DNA of 64,000 nt from Octopus vulgaris (GCA_951406725.2 OX597836.1:15996001-16060000); one strand, 5' to 3'; shown: positions 12,778 to 25,645, counted from the first letter of the stretch. Numbers and translations: made by a program. The notes: generated by a model not told the origin, from the sequence alone.

Positions 12778-13208
12778 TCATCATCATCATCATCATCACC
12801 ATCATCATTTAACGTCTATTGTCCTTGCTGGCATGGGTTGGACGGTTTGATTGAGGGCTGGTAAAGTGGAAGGCTGCACCAGACTCCAGTCTGATTTGGC
12901 ATGGTTTTTCTAACGCCAACCATGCTGAGAGTGTGATGGGTGCTTTTACGTCCCACCGGCACAGGGGCCATTTGCATAACACTGGTAAGTACCATGACTG
13001 CGAGTTTGCTTGGCTTGATGGGCTTTCTTCAGAAGCACGACATAATGCCAAAGGTCGCGGTCATTACCTCCGTGAGGCCCAACGCTTGAAAGGAACTCAG
13101 CAACTTTACCTCTGTGAGGTCCAGTTCTCAGTTACTCCATGAGGCCCAACGCTTGAAAGGAACTCAGCCACTTTGCCCCTGTGAGGTCCAATGCTCGAAT
13201 GGTGCACT
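12778..13208 (-). mobile_element. RTE LINE 3' end with duplicated 5' junction segments
   Basis: (ATG)n tail and UTR; tgaggcccaacgcttgaaaggaactcagc is repeated. Confidence 0.8.
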
Positions 13209-13394
13209 TTATATATATAACAAAAACTGTCTGATGAACGGCAACAAGAAACTCAGAGTAACAGATTTTGTTGAATTTTCTGCTGCTTTAAATAAAGCAT
13301 ATTATTCTACCACTGGTATTTGAGTACTCTTTTTTCCACCTTGTTTCACATTTATGTGTTTATTCCGGTATATATATATATATATATATATATA

Positions 13395-13537
13395 TACGGT
13401 GGTCTTCTTTCAGTGTCTGTCTACCAAATATTATAGCCATAGTAAATGACACTCACCTAAGGTGCCATGCAGTGGGAATGAACCCAGAACCCTGTGGTTG
13501 GGATACAAGCTTCTTACTACACACCCATGCCTGTGCC
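13395..13537 (-). mobile_element. SINE family A head fragment
   Basis: Reverse complement of the head and 5' body. Confidence 0.7.
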
Positions 13538-13790
13538 TATATATATATATATATATAGAAACCGACTAATGAGGAAATTTGCCATGAATGCTCTGTGTTT
13601 CTTGTTTCTGTCCTGTCTGCTGTTTGTTTTGTTATTGATTATGCTATCACTTATGAGTTATCGGCAAGTTGTGTTTTGTTTGATTCTGCTTGTCATGTTC
13701 TTTTTGTCCTACCTATAAAACCATATACACATATATGTAAAGTTACATACATACATACATACATATATATGTGTCTGTGTGTATGTATGT

Positions 13791-13859
<69 letters not shown>

Positions 13860-14018
13860 TATATATACATATATATATATATAGACACACATATATACAT
13901 ATATACATATAACTTTTCTTTTAATTTTTCCAAAATTACTTACAGTTGAAAAAGTCTCAATGATTGAAACCGGTACTGAAATGTTTTTTATAAAATTATT
14001 TTAGCATTTTCTATCTTG

Positions 14019-14128
<110 letters not shown>

Positions 14129-14224
14129 GCATAAATATATATACATATATATATGTACACATACATATATACATATACATGTATTCACACCACATGCACA
14201 CAAATATGTGTGTGTGAATGCAGA

Positions 14225-14510
14225 CGACCTCGTGGCTAGGGGTTCTACTCATGTTTGCAAAATTGCGGTTTTGATTCACAGAACTAGCAGTCTGTTGTGT
14301 TCTTAAACAAAACACTTCATTTCACATAACTCCAGTCCACTCAGCTGTTAAACGGGTCACAATACCCTGGACTGTCATTCCATTCAGGAGGAATGTTGCC
14401 ATGCCAGCCTGCCGACCTAACCAGCAGGGTGGCATCATTTGATTATGTGAGAAAGTGCACTGTGACCAGCTCTGCATAACATCTGGTTGTCTGGTTGATA
14501 TCGTGATACC
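14225..14510 (+). mobile_element. old CORE-like SINE
   Basis: ttgtgttcttaaacaaaacacttcatttcac..ccagtccactcagctg resembles the family C body; the tail matches 54640-54745. Confidence 0.55.
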
Positions 14511-14570
14511 ACAATATCTATCTATGTATCAATACATCTATATATTGATGTGTCTGTTAGTATACACATA

Positions 14571-14976
14571 TCTCTTTTACTCTTTTACTCTTTTACTTGT
14601 TTCAGTCATATGACTGAGGCCATGCTGGAGCACCACCTTTAATCGAGCAACTCGACCCGGGACTTATTCTTTTGTAAGCCCAGTACTTATTCTATCGGTC
14701 TCTTTTGCCGAACCGCTAAGTAAACACACCAGCATCGGTTGTCAAGCAATGCTAGGGGGACAAACACAGACACACAAACACACATACGCATATATATATA
14801 TATATACATATATACGACGGGCTTCTTTCAGTTTCCGTCTACCAAATTCACTCACAAAGCTTTGGTCAGCCCGAGGCTCTAGTTGAAGAGATTTGCCCAA
14901 GGTGCCATGCAGTGGGACTGAACCCGGAACCGTGTGGTTGGTAAACAAGCTACTTACCACACAGCCACTCCTGCAT
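14571..14976 (-). mobile_element. SINE family A, full length
   Basis: Complete reverse-complement copy with a (CTCTTTTA)n tail. Confidence 0.92.
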
Positions 14977-15123
14977 GCATACATGTGTGTGTGTGTGTAT
15001 TTATATATATTGTGTGTATGATTTTTATATCTCCTTTTTTCAGGGGGAGCTTAATGTATTGATTACCAATACATTAAGTTGCTCCTGAAAAAAGGAGACA
15101 TAAAAATCCTAAACACACACACA

Positions 15124-15158
<35 letters not shown>

Positions 15159-15160
<2 letters not shown>

Positions 15161-15922
15161 GCACAGACGAGGTTATGTGGTAAGGAGCGTGCTTCCCAAC
15201 CATATGGTTCTGGGTTCAGTCCCACTTGGGCGTCTTGTACTATAGCCTCGGGCCGACTAAAGCTTTGTGAGTGGATTTGGTAGACAGAAACTGAAAGAAG
15301 CCCATTGTACATATGTGTGTGTGTGTGTGTCCTTGTTTTTCACCTCATCACCACTTGACAACCAGTGTCGGTGTGTTTACATCCCTGTAACTTAATGGTT
15401 CATCAAAAGCGACTAATAAAATAAGTAATAGGTTTAAAAAATATAAGTCCTTGGTTGATTTGTTAAACTAAAAAAAAAAACACTTTAAGGCAGTGCTCCA
15501 GCATGGCCACAGTCAAATGACTGAAAGAAGTAAAAGAATAGGCGCAGGAGTGGCTGTGTGGTAAGTAGCTTGCTAACCAACCACATGGTTCCGGGTTCAG
15601 TCCCACTGCGTGGCACCTTGGGCAAGTGTCTTCTGCTATAGCCCCGGGCCAACCAATGCTTTGTGAGTGGATTTGGTAGACGGAAACTGAAAGAAGCCCG
15701 TTGTATATATGTATATATATGTGTCTGTGTTTGTCCCCCTAGCATTGCTTGACAACCGATGCTGGTGTGTTTACGTCCCCGTCACTTAGCGGTTCGGCAA
15801 AAAAGAGACCGATAGAATAAGTACTGGGCTTACAAAGAATAAGTCCCGGGGTCGATTTGCTCGACTAAAAGGCAGTGCTCCAGCATGGCCGCAGTCAAAT
15901 GACTGAAAACAAATAAAAGAGT
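15159..15922 (+). mobile_element. two tandem SINE family A copies (15159-15539 older, 15540-15922 younger)
   Basis: The second head (ggcgcaggagtggc) starts directly after the first tail (aagtaaaagaata). Confidence 0.9.
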
Positions 15923-16429
15923 ATATGTGGAGAGAAAGAGAGATGTTGATATGTCATCAACCAAACAAAACAGGGATCTCCCTGTAGCAGATCCCTAAAA
16001 ATATGTCTAATGGGCCTAATGACAGGGCTATAGATGACTCCCAACATGCATATATAAAGCCTATTACTGCATTGGTCAGTACAGAGTGACCGGGACAGAA
16101 TGACCTCCCAGTCAATCACAGGTGACTAGATACGTGAGTCATTTTCCACCAGACAGAGGTATAAGTGTGTGTGAGTGTGTGAGTTTGCAAAATGCCATGT
16201 CTATTGTATGTCTATGTTAGTCTATGTATCTGTGTATATGTTTGTAAGTATTTATGTGTATGTATGCTTGTGTGTACATAATGCTTGTTTACGTGTATGT
16301 GGTTCTATGCATGTGTAAGTACATATGTATATGTGTTGTTATTCCCTTTGCCCCACCATTTTCAGAAACCCTTGGAAAGGGTCAGGGCATTTCTCTTTAC
16401 TCTGATTTATTTATTTATTTAATTTATTT

Positions 16430-16545
16430 GTTTGTTTCAGTCATTTGACTGCGGCCATGCTGGAGCACCGCCTTTAGGCGAGCAAATTGACCCCAGGACT
16501 TATTCTTTGTAAGCCTAGTACTTATTCTATTGGTCTCTATTGCCG
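16430..16545 (-). mobile_element. SINE family A 3' fragment
   Basis: Tail sequence only. Confidence 0.8.
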
Positions 16546-17116
16546 ATAGAATAAGTTTTGCTAAGCCTTGTAAAAGGTGGATGAATGCTGTAAGGATGGG
16601 TCGAGTGAACAAGTCTACTCAAAGCATGCAACTGTAAGCTGAAGAAGGACAATGGGAAGAGGGCACTTGCCCTAGTGGTCAGGGTGATTGTGGTTTTTAT
16701 GGGGGTCTCCACAAGCAGCTCTAGGAAGTTTCCCGCTTTTGTGGAATTACATATTGCTATAATTTTATATTGTTATTGTAAGGTTTGTTTAAGGATGTTG
16801 AACAAAACACCCATGCTTCCAAGGGTGAATTATTCAAACCCCAAAGAATTCCTCTCAGCACATAGCTATGATACTCCCTTACTACTCCTGCTCGTGATCA
16901 GAGATGCACATATCATCAGCAATTAAGGGACATACTCAACTGGTTATGGTCAAGCAATTGACAAGCAAATCTGTGGTATTGAATAGAATATTTGCTGTAA
17001 GGCCTTCTTTTATACCAAGACAAAACAATGTACATGATAACACTCCCAATCAGTTAAGATCAGAAGCTATGAGAGTCACTGCCTGGTAGTGCATCAGGGA
17101 AAATTATTATTATCGG

Positions 17117-17454
17117 GACCCCCTTCGGTCACGACACTGACCATGGGATTGCAACTAGAAAGTTACCCTCCTAGTCACAAGTCTGGGCAAGGTTGTTTAT
17201 GGAAGACCAGCAGTCGCCCATGAATACCGGCCTCCCCTCTCCACGCCACCAGTGTTATCCAAGGGAAAGGCAAAAGGGGCCGATACAGCTTGACACCTGT
17301 GACATAACAACCCATTTCTACAGCTGAGCGAACTGGAGCAACGTGAAATAAAGTGTCTTGCTCAAGAACACAACACGCAGCCCAGTCCGAGATTCGAGCT
17401 CACAACCTCACGATCGTAAGCTCGACACTCTAACCACTGAGCCATGCGACTTCA
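17117..17454 (-). mobile_element. SINE family C, full length
   Basis: Reverse-complement match to 8502-8829. Confidence 0.9.
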
Positions 17455-17730
17455 CTATTATCATTATTATTATTATTATCTCTTTATCACAAGTTTTGTT
17501 GGAGCTCCTGGAGTCTTGCATACATAGCGGACTTACTACCTGCAGCCTACAGTGCCATGCTATCCGTTCTTTCCAGCTATCTAATACTTTCCTGATTATT
17601 CTGGCTGTGCCAAGGAGGCAAACTTTTTGTAACAGTTCTACTGGGCACTCGATTGCAATTTCCTTTACATTCCTCTTGATTTCTTTTGATACTGTTCCCA
17701 AGGACCCAACAATAATTGGCTCTATCTTCA
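17455..17730 (-). mobile_element. R4/Dong-type LINE 3' end, same family as 7560-8897
   Basis: KIEPIIVGSLGTVSKEIKRNVKEIAIECPVELLQKVCLLGTARIIRKVLDS with the same UTR and (TAA)n tail. Confidence 0.9.
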
Positions 17731-17732
17731 CC

Positions 17733-18220
17733 GGCGGCAAGCTGGCAAAATGCTTAGTGGCATTTCGTCAGTCCTTATGTTCTAAGTCCATATTCTGCCA
17801 AAATCAACTTTGCCTTTTATCCTTTCAGGGTGGGGGTTGGGGGGGGTCATTAAAATAAATACCAGTTGAATACTGGGGTTGATGCAATTGACTCAGCCCT
17901 TCCCGGAAATTGTTGGCCTTGTGCCAAAATTTGAAATCATCATCATCATCATCATCGTCATCGTCATCGTCGTCATCATCATCATCATTATTATTATTAT
18001 GGTGGTGAGCTGGCAGAATTGTTATCACACTGAGCGAAATGCTTAGTGGTATTTTGTCTGTCTTTACGTTCTGAGTTCAAATTCTGCCGAGGTCGACTTA
18101 ACTTTCATCCTTTCGGGGTCGATAAATTAAGTACCAGTTATGTACTGGAGTCAATCTAATCGACTGCCTCCCACCCCCACAAAAATTTCAGGCCTTGTGC
18201 CTAAAATAGAAAGGATTATT
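17733..18220 (+). mobile_element. two SINE family B copies separated by (ATC)n/(ATT)n
   Basis: ggcggcaagctggc / ggtggtgagctggcagaa heads; gactttgcctttcatcctttcggggtcgataaattaagtacc core. Confidence 0.8.
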
Positions 18221-18367
18221 ATTGTTGTTGCTGTTGTTGTTGTTTAAGATGTCTCACAGCATCTAATATTGTGATGTTGTAGATTGAAGATATGTAGGGG
18301 GCTGGGGGCATTATACTATCTGTCAAGTCACAAGAAGGACCTCAGAGCTGGACCTCAAAGGACCTCA

Positions 18368-18783
18368 AAGGCGGTGAGCTGGCAGAAATGTTAGCACACC
18401 AGGCGAAATGCTTAGTGGTATTTCGTCTGCCATTACGTTCTGAGTTCAAATTCCGCCTAGGTCGACTTTGCCTTCCATCCTTTCGGGGTCAATAAATTAA
18501 GTACCAGTTACACACTGGGGTCAATATAATCGACTTAATCTGTTTGTCTGTCTTTGTTTGTCCCTTCTGTGTTTAGCCCCTTGTGGGTAGCAAAGAAATA
18601 GGTATTTCGTCTGCCGTTATGTTCTGAGTTCAAATTCCACCGAGGTCAACTTTGCCTTTCATCCTTTCAGTGTTGTTTAAATAAGTACCAGTTGCGCACT
18701 GGGGTCGATGTAATCGACTTAATCTCTTTGTCTGTTCTTGTTTGACCCCTCTATGTTTAGCCCCTTGAGGGCAACAAAGAAAT
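18368..18783 (+). mobile_element. SINE family B with a tandem duplicated body
   Basis: Head plus body at 18368-18600, body again at 18601-18783; TSD aagaaggacctYaga at 18332-18346 and 18784-18798. Confidence 0.88.
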
Positions 18784-18789
18784 AAGAAG

Positions 18790-19045
18790 GACCTTAGATA
18801 GACAGTACTTCATGCAATATGCATGCAGTTTCAAGTAAAACCAATTTTTGTAATGCACCAAGACTCTAGGGTATTTCTAATGTGTCCAGATGTTTGTTCA
18901 GGTTGGGTGGTATTGAACTCAATGCTCCAGTGACAACAGGAATGACCTTTATGTTTCGCTCTCTCAGCCGCCATATCTTGGTGATCTCAACTCTCAGGTC
19001 TCCATATTTATCAGTCCTTTCTCTTTCTTTCACGATAATTTGTTC
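18790..19045 (-). mobile_element. R4/Dong-type LINE 3' fragment
   Basis: IIVKERERTDKYGDLRVEITKIW..VIPVVTGALSSIP..LQKLVLLETACILHEVLSI*. Confidence 0.85.
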
Positions 19046-19586
19046 ATCTGTTCTTCTTATCATTATTGTTGTTGTTATTGTCGTTATTTTCATTCTATCG
19101 CCAATAAACATCATTGCTCCACCCCCTCTTCACCCCTGCCCCCCTCGACCCCCACCCCCAATGTCACTAGTCCGCCTCCAATCCACCCTTGCCCCCCCCA
19201 TCCCTCGTTTGTTACTCATTACTCATCTCTTTACCACTCACCCTGTCTCCTCTCCCCCTCTCCACTCCACTCCACTCCACCCCGCCATATCTGATTCATC
19301 GCTTCCCCATGCCCACCACTACTCCCCCAAAGCTTCACCCACAGTTAATTTAATACATCTATGGAATGATGAAGGAAAATAATTAGCATCTTGCATATGC
19401 AGGAGGGTGGTGAAGAGGGTGGGGTAGGGTGTGGGGGGGTTAGCTATTGCCAAAGTCGGCAGGAGTGATGGAGGTGGGGTTAGGAGGAGAGAATTCATCG
19501 AAAGATAAATTGATAATAATAATGATAATTTAGGAAGAACCAGAGGACACCTTCTGCATGGAAACCACACAGCCATGGCTTTGTAT

Positions 19587-19758
19587 AGGTTCAGGCATCA
19601 CTCTGTGGTTATGGAGTTCATTTCACAACCAAGTGGTCTTGTGTTTCATCCAGTTGCAAGGCACCGCGCATGAGTGATGTCCATTATACTGTTAGATTGA
19701 CTAATGCCGTGTGGGTGAAACTGGTAAATGGAAACTATGCTGAAGTCTCTCATGCTTA

Positions 19759-19796
<38 letters not shown>

Positions 19797-20125
19797 GGCA
19801 CAGGAGTGGCTGTGTGGTAAGTACCTTGGTTACCAACCACATGGTTCCGGGTTCAGTCCCACTGCGTGGCACCTTGGGCAAGTGTCTTCTACTATAGTCT
19901 TGGGCTGACCAAAGCCTTGTTAGTGGGTTTGGTAGATGGAAACTGAAAGAAGCCTGTCATATATATGTATATGTCCATATGTGTGTGTGTGTTTGTGTGC
20001 CTGTGTTTGTCTCCCCCAACATCGTTTGACAACCGATGGTGGTGTGTTTACATCCACGTAACTTAGCGGTTCGGCAAAAGTGACCGATAGAATAAGTACT
20101 AGGCTTACAAAGAATAAGTCCGGGG
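19587..20125 (+). mobile_element. degenerate SINE A head (19587-19760) plus a younger 3'-truncated SINE A (19796-20125)
   Basis: Match to the family A consensus. Confidence 0.85.
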
Positions 20126-20314
20126 GGGGGGGCACTCCTGTACCTTTAACCACAAAGCCACATGCCTTCACAGAGATTATGAGTGCTGTGTGGTGGAATG
20201 GTTAATAAGTTTGATTTACAAATTATAAAGTCCTCTATTGGATGCCCCCCCCCCACCTCGCATTTTTTTTTATCTTTTAGTCAAAACAGTATGTAATACC
20301 TTTAACCTTCCAAG

Positions 20315-20785
20315 ATTGATGGGAAATAGAAGGAGAAAGGAAGAAGGGGGGAGAAGAAAAAGAAGGGGAAAGAAAGGCGGTTGGGAGGGGAGGAGGAAGG
20401 GGAAAGGAAGGAAAGGAAAGAGAAAGGAAGGGGGAGAGACGAAAGAAGAGGACCCCCCCCCCCCCGAGTAAGGGTGGTAAAGGGAAGAAGGGGTGGGGAG
20501 AGAGGAGAATGGAGAAAGGGGGAAAGGAGGGAATGATAATTGGGAAGGAGAGAAGGAGAGTAGAAGAAAGTAGTGAGGGGAAGAGAAGGAGAGAGGGGAA
20601 AGGAAGGAAGGAAGGAGGGAGAGGGAGTGATGGTGAGAGGGGAATGGAGAAAAGGGAAGGAGGGAAAGAGAGGGAAGGATAAAGAAGAAGGGAAGGAGGG
20701 ACAGGGAAGGAAGTGGTGAGGGAAAGGGAAGGAGAGAAGGAATGAAGGAAAGAGAAAAAGCAGGTGGGGAAGGGAAGAAAAGAAG
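20315..20785. repeat. polypurine (G/A) low-complexity tract
   Basis: About 470 bp of almost pure G/A on the plus strand. Confidence 0.9.
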
Positions 20786-21044
20786 CTATTCTCAAACCAA
20801 CAGATTTGTCCCAAATGTTTGCAAAGTTGACCCCTCTGTGAAAGGCACCCAAGACGCCATATTGGTAGTGTTTAACAGGATAACAGGTTAGGTCCCCCCC
20901 CCCACCGATCTCGTAGACCAGAGAACCCCAACCACTGAGTTACAGATCAGTATCAGACCATGGCTCATTTCCTTCCAAGCTGCACAGAAAGAATAAATTT
21001 TTTAATTTTATTTCTCTTTTATCAACTATCACAGTCTCTCTCTC

Positions 21045-21445
21045 TTTTTACTCTTTTTACTCTTTTACTTGTTTCAGTCATTTGACTGTGGCCATGCTGG
21101 AGCACCGCCTTTAATCGAGCAAATCGACCCCAGGACTTATTCTTAGTAATCCTAGTACTTATTCTATTAGTCTCTTTTGCTGAACCACTAGGTTACAGGG
21201 ATGTAAACACACCACCATCGGTTAACAAGCGATGTTGGGGCTACAAACACTGACACACAAACACACGCGCATATGTACATATACATATATACAACGGGCT
21301 TCTTCCAGTTTCCGTCTACCAAATCCACTCACAAGGCTTTGGTCGGCCCGAGGCTATAGTAGAAGACACTTGCCCAAGGTGCCATGCCGTGGGACTGAAC
21401 CCGGAACAATGTGGTTCGTAAGCACGCTACTTACCACACAGCCTC
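21045..21445 (-). mobile_element. SINE family A
   Basis: Near-complete reverse-complement copy. Confidence 0.9.
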
Positions 21446-22094
21446 TCACCTGTGGAATGTTTTTGCATTACATATGTTTCTGTATTATATATGTAATATA
21501 TATGTATTGTTGAGGGCCCATGACCAAGTGGTTAGGGTGTTGTACTCATGATCTTGAGTTTGTGGTTTCAATTCTTGGACCTGGCAGTCATCGTTGTCGT
21601 CCTCATTATTTATTGATGTTGTTTCACTCCTCCAAAGCCTTTGCTATTTCTGACATGATGCTGTTAAGCCTGGCTGACCAGACAGACATATGATAACTGC
21701 AGCATACGATAACATTATCCAATCATCCCTTCTTGCTGCCTTCTTTTTTTTTTAAAGATAGCATGATGTAATTTGAGGCAGATTTGGCTGCTGTTTTAAG
21801 AAGGCTGAGTGTCTGCATTGAACCATCCCTTGTAGATGTCTTTCAGATATATTACGGGTGAAAACGATAGTACCAGTGCGCATCAGTGTCTGTGTGTGTG
21901 TTGATGATCTGTTTCACACACTCATACATACACATATCACATATTCATCATTTACAGACACACACACACAGATACACACACATATACATACATACATATA
22001 TATATACATATAAATACACACTCACACACAAAGATATAAAACTGGATGCAAATATGCATACAAAATTTAAGCTCTCACAACATAAATATCCAAT

Positions 22095-22129
22095 ATATAT
22101 GTGTGCGTGTGTATATATGTGCGTGTGTA

Positions 22130-22190
<61 letters not shown>

Positions 22191-22202
22191 ATGTATGTAT
22201 TG

Positions 22203-22234
<32 letters not shown>

Positions 22235-22235
22235 C

Positions 22236-22297
<62 letters not shown>

Positions 22298-22361
22298 GTA
22301 TATATACATATATATATACATATGTATATATATATATATATACATACATACATACATACAT

Positions 22362-22405
<44 letters not shown>

Positions 22406-22430
22406 CAAATATATATATATATATATGTAT
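22095..22430. repeat. (TA)n/(TG)n/(CA)n microsatellite
   Basis: Direct repeats. Confidence 0.95.
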
Positions 22431-22984
22431 ATTCTATATTCTATATACCCAAACCCATACAGCACAAAGTATATTATTTCCCTCCTGCAATCTCAAATTC
22501 TTCCTTCTTGTATTTCTCCACAGAAGACTATGCAGCTTTCTCTCCTTCCCTATCGCAGCAGAGTGTTAAAGTCCTTCCTACCCATGTATATGCGAGAGTG
22601 TGTAACAAGTATTGCAGGTGAAACACTGCTGATGGTATCGGTGAGAGGAGGGGTACGCAGAGACCAAAACGGAAGGCGGAGGAAGAGTAGGGGGGGACGC
22701 AGGCATGGTTCTGCCACTTTCTCTCTCTCTCTCTCTTTCTCTCTTTTTCTCTCCAATTTAGGTCACCATGTACTTAAAGGAGTCGTTAAAGAGCCGATAG
22801 GGAAAACAGGGCAGAAGCCAGAGAAACTTGTGACATTCTGGTTTGTCGAAAAGAACAGAAAAAAATATGGGTATTGAATATGTTCGATGCCATGAGGAAG
22901 AAGAGAAATCAGAGGAATTTTCGAACAGCCATCAACTTACCTCATTTCATGGGGAAGGAAAAAAGGCAAAGATTTGGCAGCTCT

Positions 22985-23159
22985 CGTCGTTCTGAGTTCA
23001 AATCCTTCCAAGGTTGACTTTGTCTTTCATCCCTTTACGGTCGGTGCAGTAAAGTACCTGTCAAGTACTGAATCTGATGGTATCGACCACTAAGATTCTC
23101 CTTTAAATTTCTGGCCCTTTGTTTAAATCAGGAGCCATTATCATTATCATCACCACCAC

Positions 23160-23191
<32 letters not shown>

Positions 23192-23193
23192 CC

Positions 23194-23263
<70 letters not shown>

Positions 23264-23343
23264 CCACCACCACCACCATCACCACCATCACCATCATCAC
23301 GATCATCACCACCACCATCACCACCACCGCCACCACCACCACC

Positions 23344-23377
<34 letters not shown>

Positions 23378-23850
23378 TCATCATTGTTAAGGCGGTGAAC
23401 TGGCAGAATTGTTAGCACATTGGGCGAAATGCTTTGCAGTACATTGTCTGCCGCTATGTTCTGAGTTCCAATTCTGCTGAGGTTGACTTTGCCTTTCATT
23501 CTTTATGGGGTCAAAAAAAATTAAGTACCAGTTACATACTGGTTGATCTAATCGACTGGCCCCGTCCCCGCAAAATATTCAGGCCTTGTGCCTATAGCAG
23601 AAAGGATTATTATTATTATTATTATTATTATTGAGGTAGTGACTGACAGAATTGTTAGCACACTGCGCAAAATGCTTAGCGGTATTTTGGGCTGTTTTTA
23701 CCTTCTGAGTTCAAATTTCGCAAAGGTCACCTTCACTTTTCATCCATTCGGGGTCGATAAATAAAGTACCAGTGAAACACTGGGGTCGATGTAATTGACT
23801 AGACCCTTCCTTTCAAAATTTTAGGACTTGTGCCATTAGTGAAAAGGATT
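22985..23850 (+). mobile_element. cluster of three SINE family B copies (about 22985-23135, 23389-23610, 23634-23850) separated by ATC/ACC/ATT tracts
   Basis: Each carries ttctgagttc..gactttg.ctttcat..aagtacc. Confidence 0.8.
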
Positions 23851-23851
23851 A

Positions 23852-23905
<54 letters not shown>

Positions 23906-23927
23906 GTTTTATTATTATTATTATTAT

Positions 23928-24245
23928 TGGGTATGTGCTGTGATTTGTTGTGATGCTCTGATGGTTATTGTATGGAAAGTGTTCTGCTTAGGATGTGTGC
24001 AGTGCCTAGTAGTGCAATTTTCTGTATGTCATATGTGTTTGTAAGTCCTGGTGTTTTGTTATCTATTTGTCTGAATATTTTTTTATCATGCCTAATGCAC
24101 CTACTATGATAGGAATTGTTTCTGTTTTTAGATTCCACATTCTGGTTACCTCCATTTCCAGGTCTTTGTATTTTGAAAGTTTCTCCATTTCTTTTAGAGA
24201 CACGTTGTCATCTGTCGGTATTGATACATCAATTAGAAAGCATTT
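23928..24245 (-). mobile_element. R4/Dong-type LINE 3' end
   Basis: KCFLIDVSIPTDDNVSLKEMEKLSKYKDLEMEVTRMW..IPIIVGALG..IQKIALLGTAHILSRTLSIQ* followed by (TAA)n. Confidence 0.9.
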
Positions 24246-24540
24246 TATTATTATTCTATGTTTGACTTTTGCTTTATATTTGTACAAGTTGGCTCCAAGT
24301 CTCACCCAGAGACCTCAAGAGACAACAGGTTGGAAGTTCACGTTGTTATGCCTAGTGTGCCATATATATATATCTTTTTTTGGTGTTGTACTAGTGAATG
24401 TCTAATACATAAAACAAAACAAAAAAAACTTTTGTTTTAAACCTTGGGATTACATAGAGAGTATTTTGCGTAGGATATGAGCAGTTCCCATGAGCACTAT
24501 CTTTTGAATTTCTGCCATTTTGGGGTTTCCTGGTATCTGA

Positions 24541-24541
<1 letters not shown>
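24246..24541 (-). mobile_element. R4/Dong-type LINE 3' end and UTR
   Basis: TQIPGNPKMAEIQKIVLMGTAHILRKILSM*; same family as 3876-4160; (TAA)n on both sides. Confidence 0.88.
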
Positions 24542-24600
<59 letters not shown>

Positions 24601-25070
24601 ATTAGTGGCAAGTCTGAGACTGAATGGACCGACTCTGAGTATGCTTTTCTAAGCAGCAGGAACGAAACTCAAAGATGGCACTTTCCCACGCTTTGGGGAT
24701 GGCAAAGTAATCTGAGATTTTTGCATGTGGTTTAACCTGGGTTACCCCATAACTACGAAATCTAATTATTTATTTATTTAGTATTTATTTCTCTAATTTC
24801 TTTTATATTTCATCTGTTAGATCCTTTTATTTGGTAATATCCTCCTTTGATTGATGTAAACCCCACCGGGTTTTTGTTTTTTTAAAAAAATTTTTTTTGT
24901 TTTTGTATTTTTTGTATTTTTTTGCTTAGTTTTTATGTGTTGTAAATTCGTCCTTTGATATTGTCCTCCATGTCTTGGGCACTTGTGGCCAATAAAAGAA
25001 ATTATCATCATCATCATCATCATCATCACCACCACCATCACCACCACCTTCACCATCATCATCATCAAGA

Positions 25071-25563
25071 AGGCGGCGAGCTGGCAGAAACGTTAGCACG
25101 CCGGGCGAAATGCGTAGCCGTATTTCGTCTGCCGTTACGTTCTGAGTTTAAATCCCGCCGAGGTCGACTTTGCCTTTCATCCGTTCGGGGTCGATAAATT
25201 AAGTACCAGTTACGCACAGGGCTCGATATAATCAACTTAATCCGTTTGTCTGTCCTTGTTTGTCCCCTCTGTGTTTAGCCCCTTGTGGGTAGTAAAGAAA
25301 TCATCATCATCATCATCATCACCACCACCACCATCACCATCACCATCATCATCATCATCACCACCACCACCACCACCACCACCACCACCACCACCACCAC
25401 CACCACCACCACCACCATCATCATCATCGTTCTGAGTTCAAATTCCGCCGTGGTCGATTTTGCCTTTCATCCTTAAATTTAGTACCAGTCAAGTACTGGG
25501 GGGTCAATGTAATCAACTCATTCCCTCTCCCAAAACTACTGCCCTTGTGGCAAAATTTGAAAC

Positions 25564-25565
<2 letters not shown>
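25071..25565 (+). mobile_element. SINE family B (25071-25300, young) plus a partial copy (25428-25565)
   Basis: CpG-rich copy close to the apparent consensus. Confidence 0.88.

Positions 25566-25645
<80 letters not shown>

Noticed and set aside
16785-17100. Complex 310-bp segment ending in an ATT tract
   Set aside because: Probably a retroelement UTR, but it is single-copy in this window with no diagnostic motif, so I left it unassigned.
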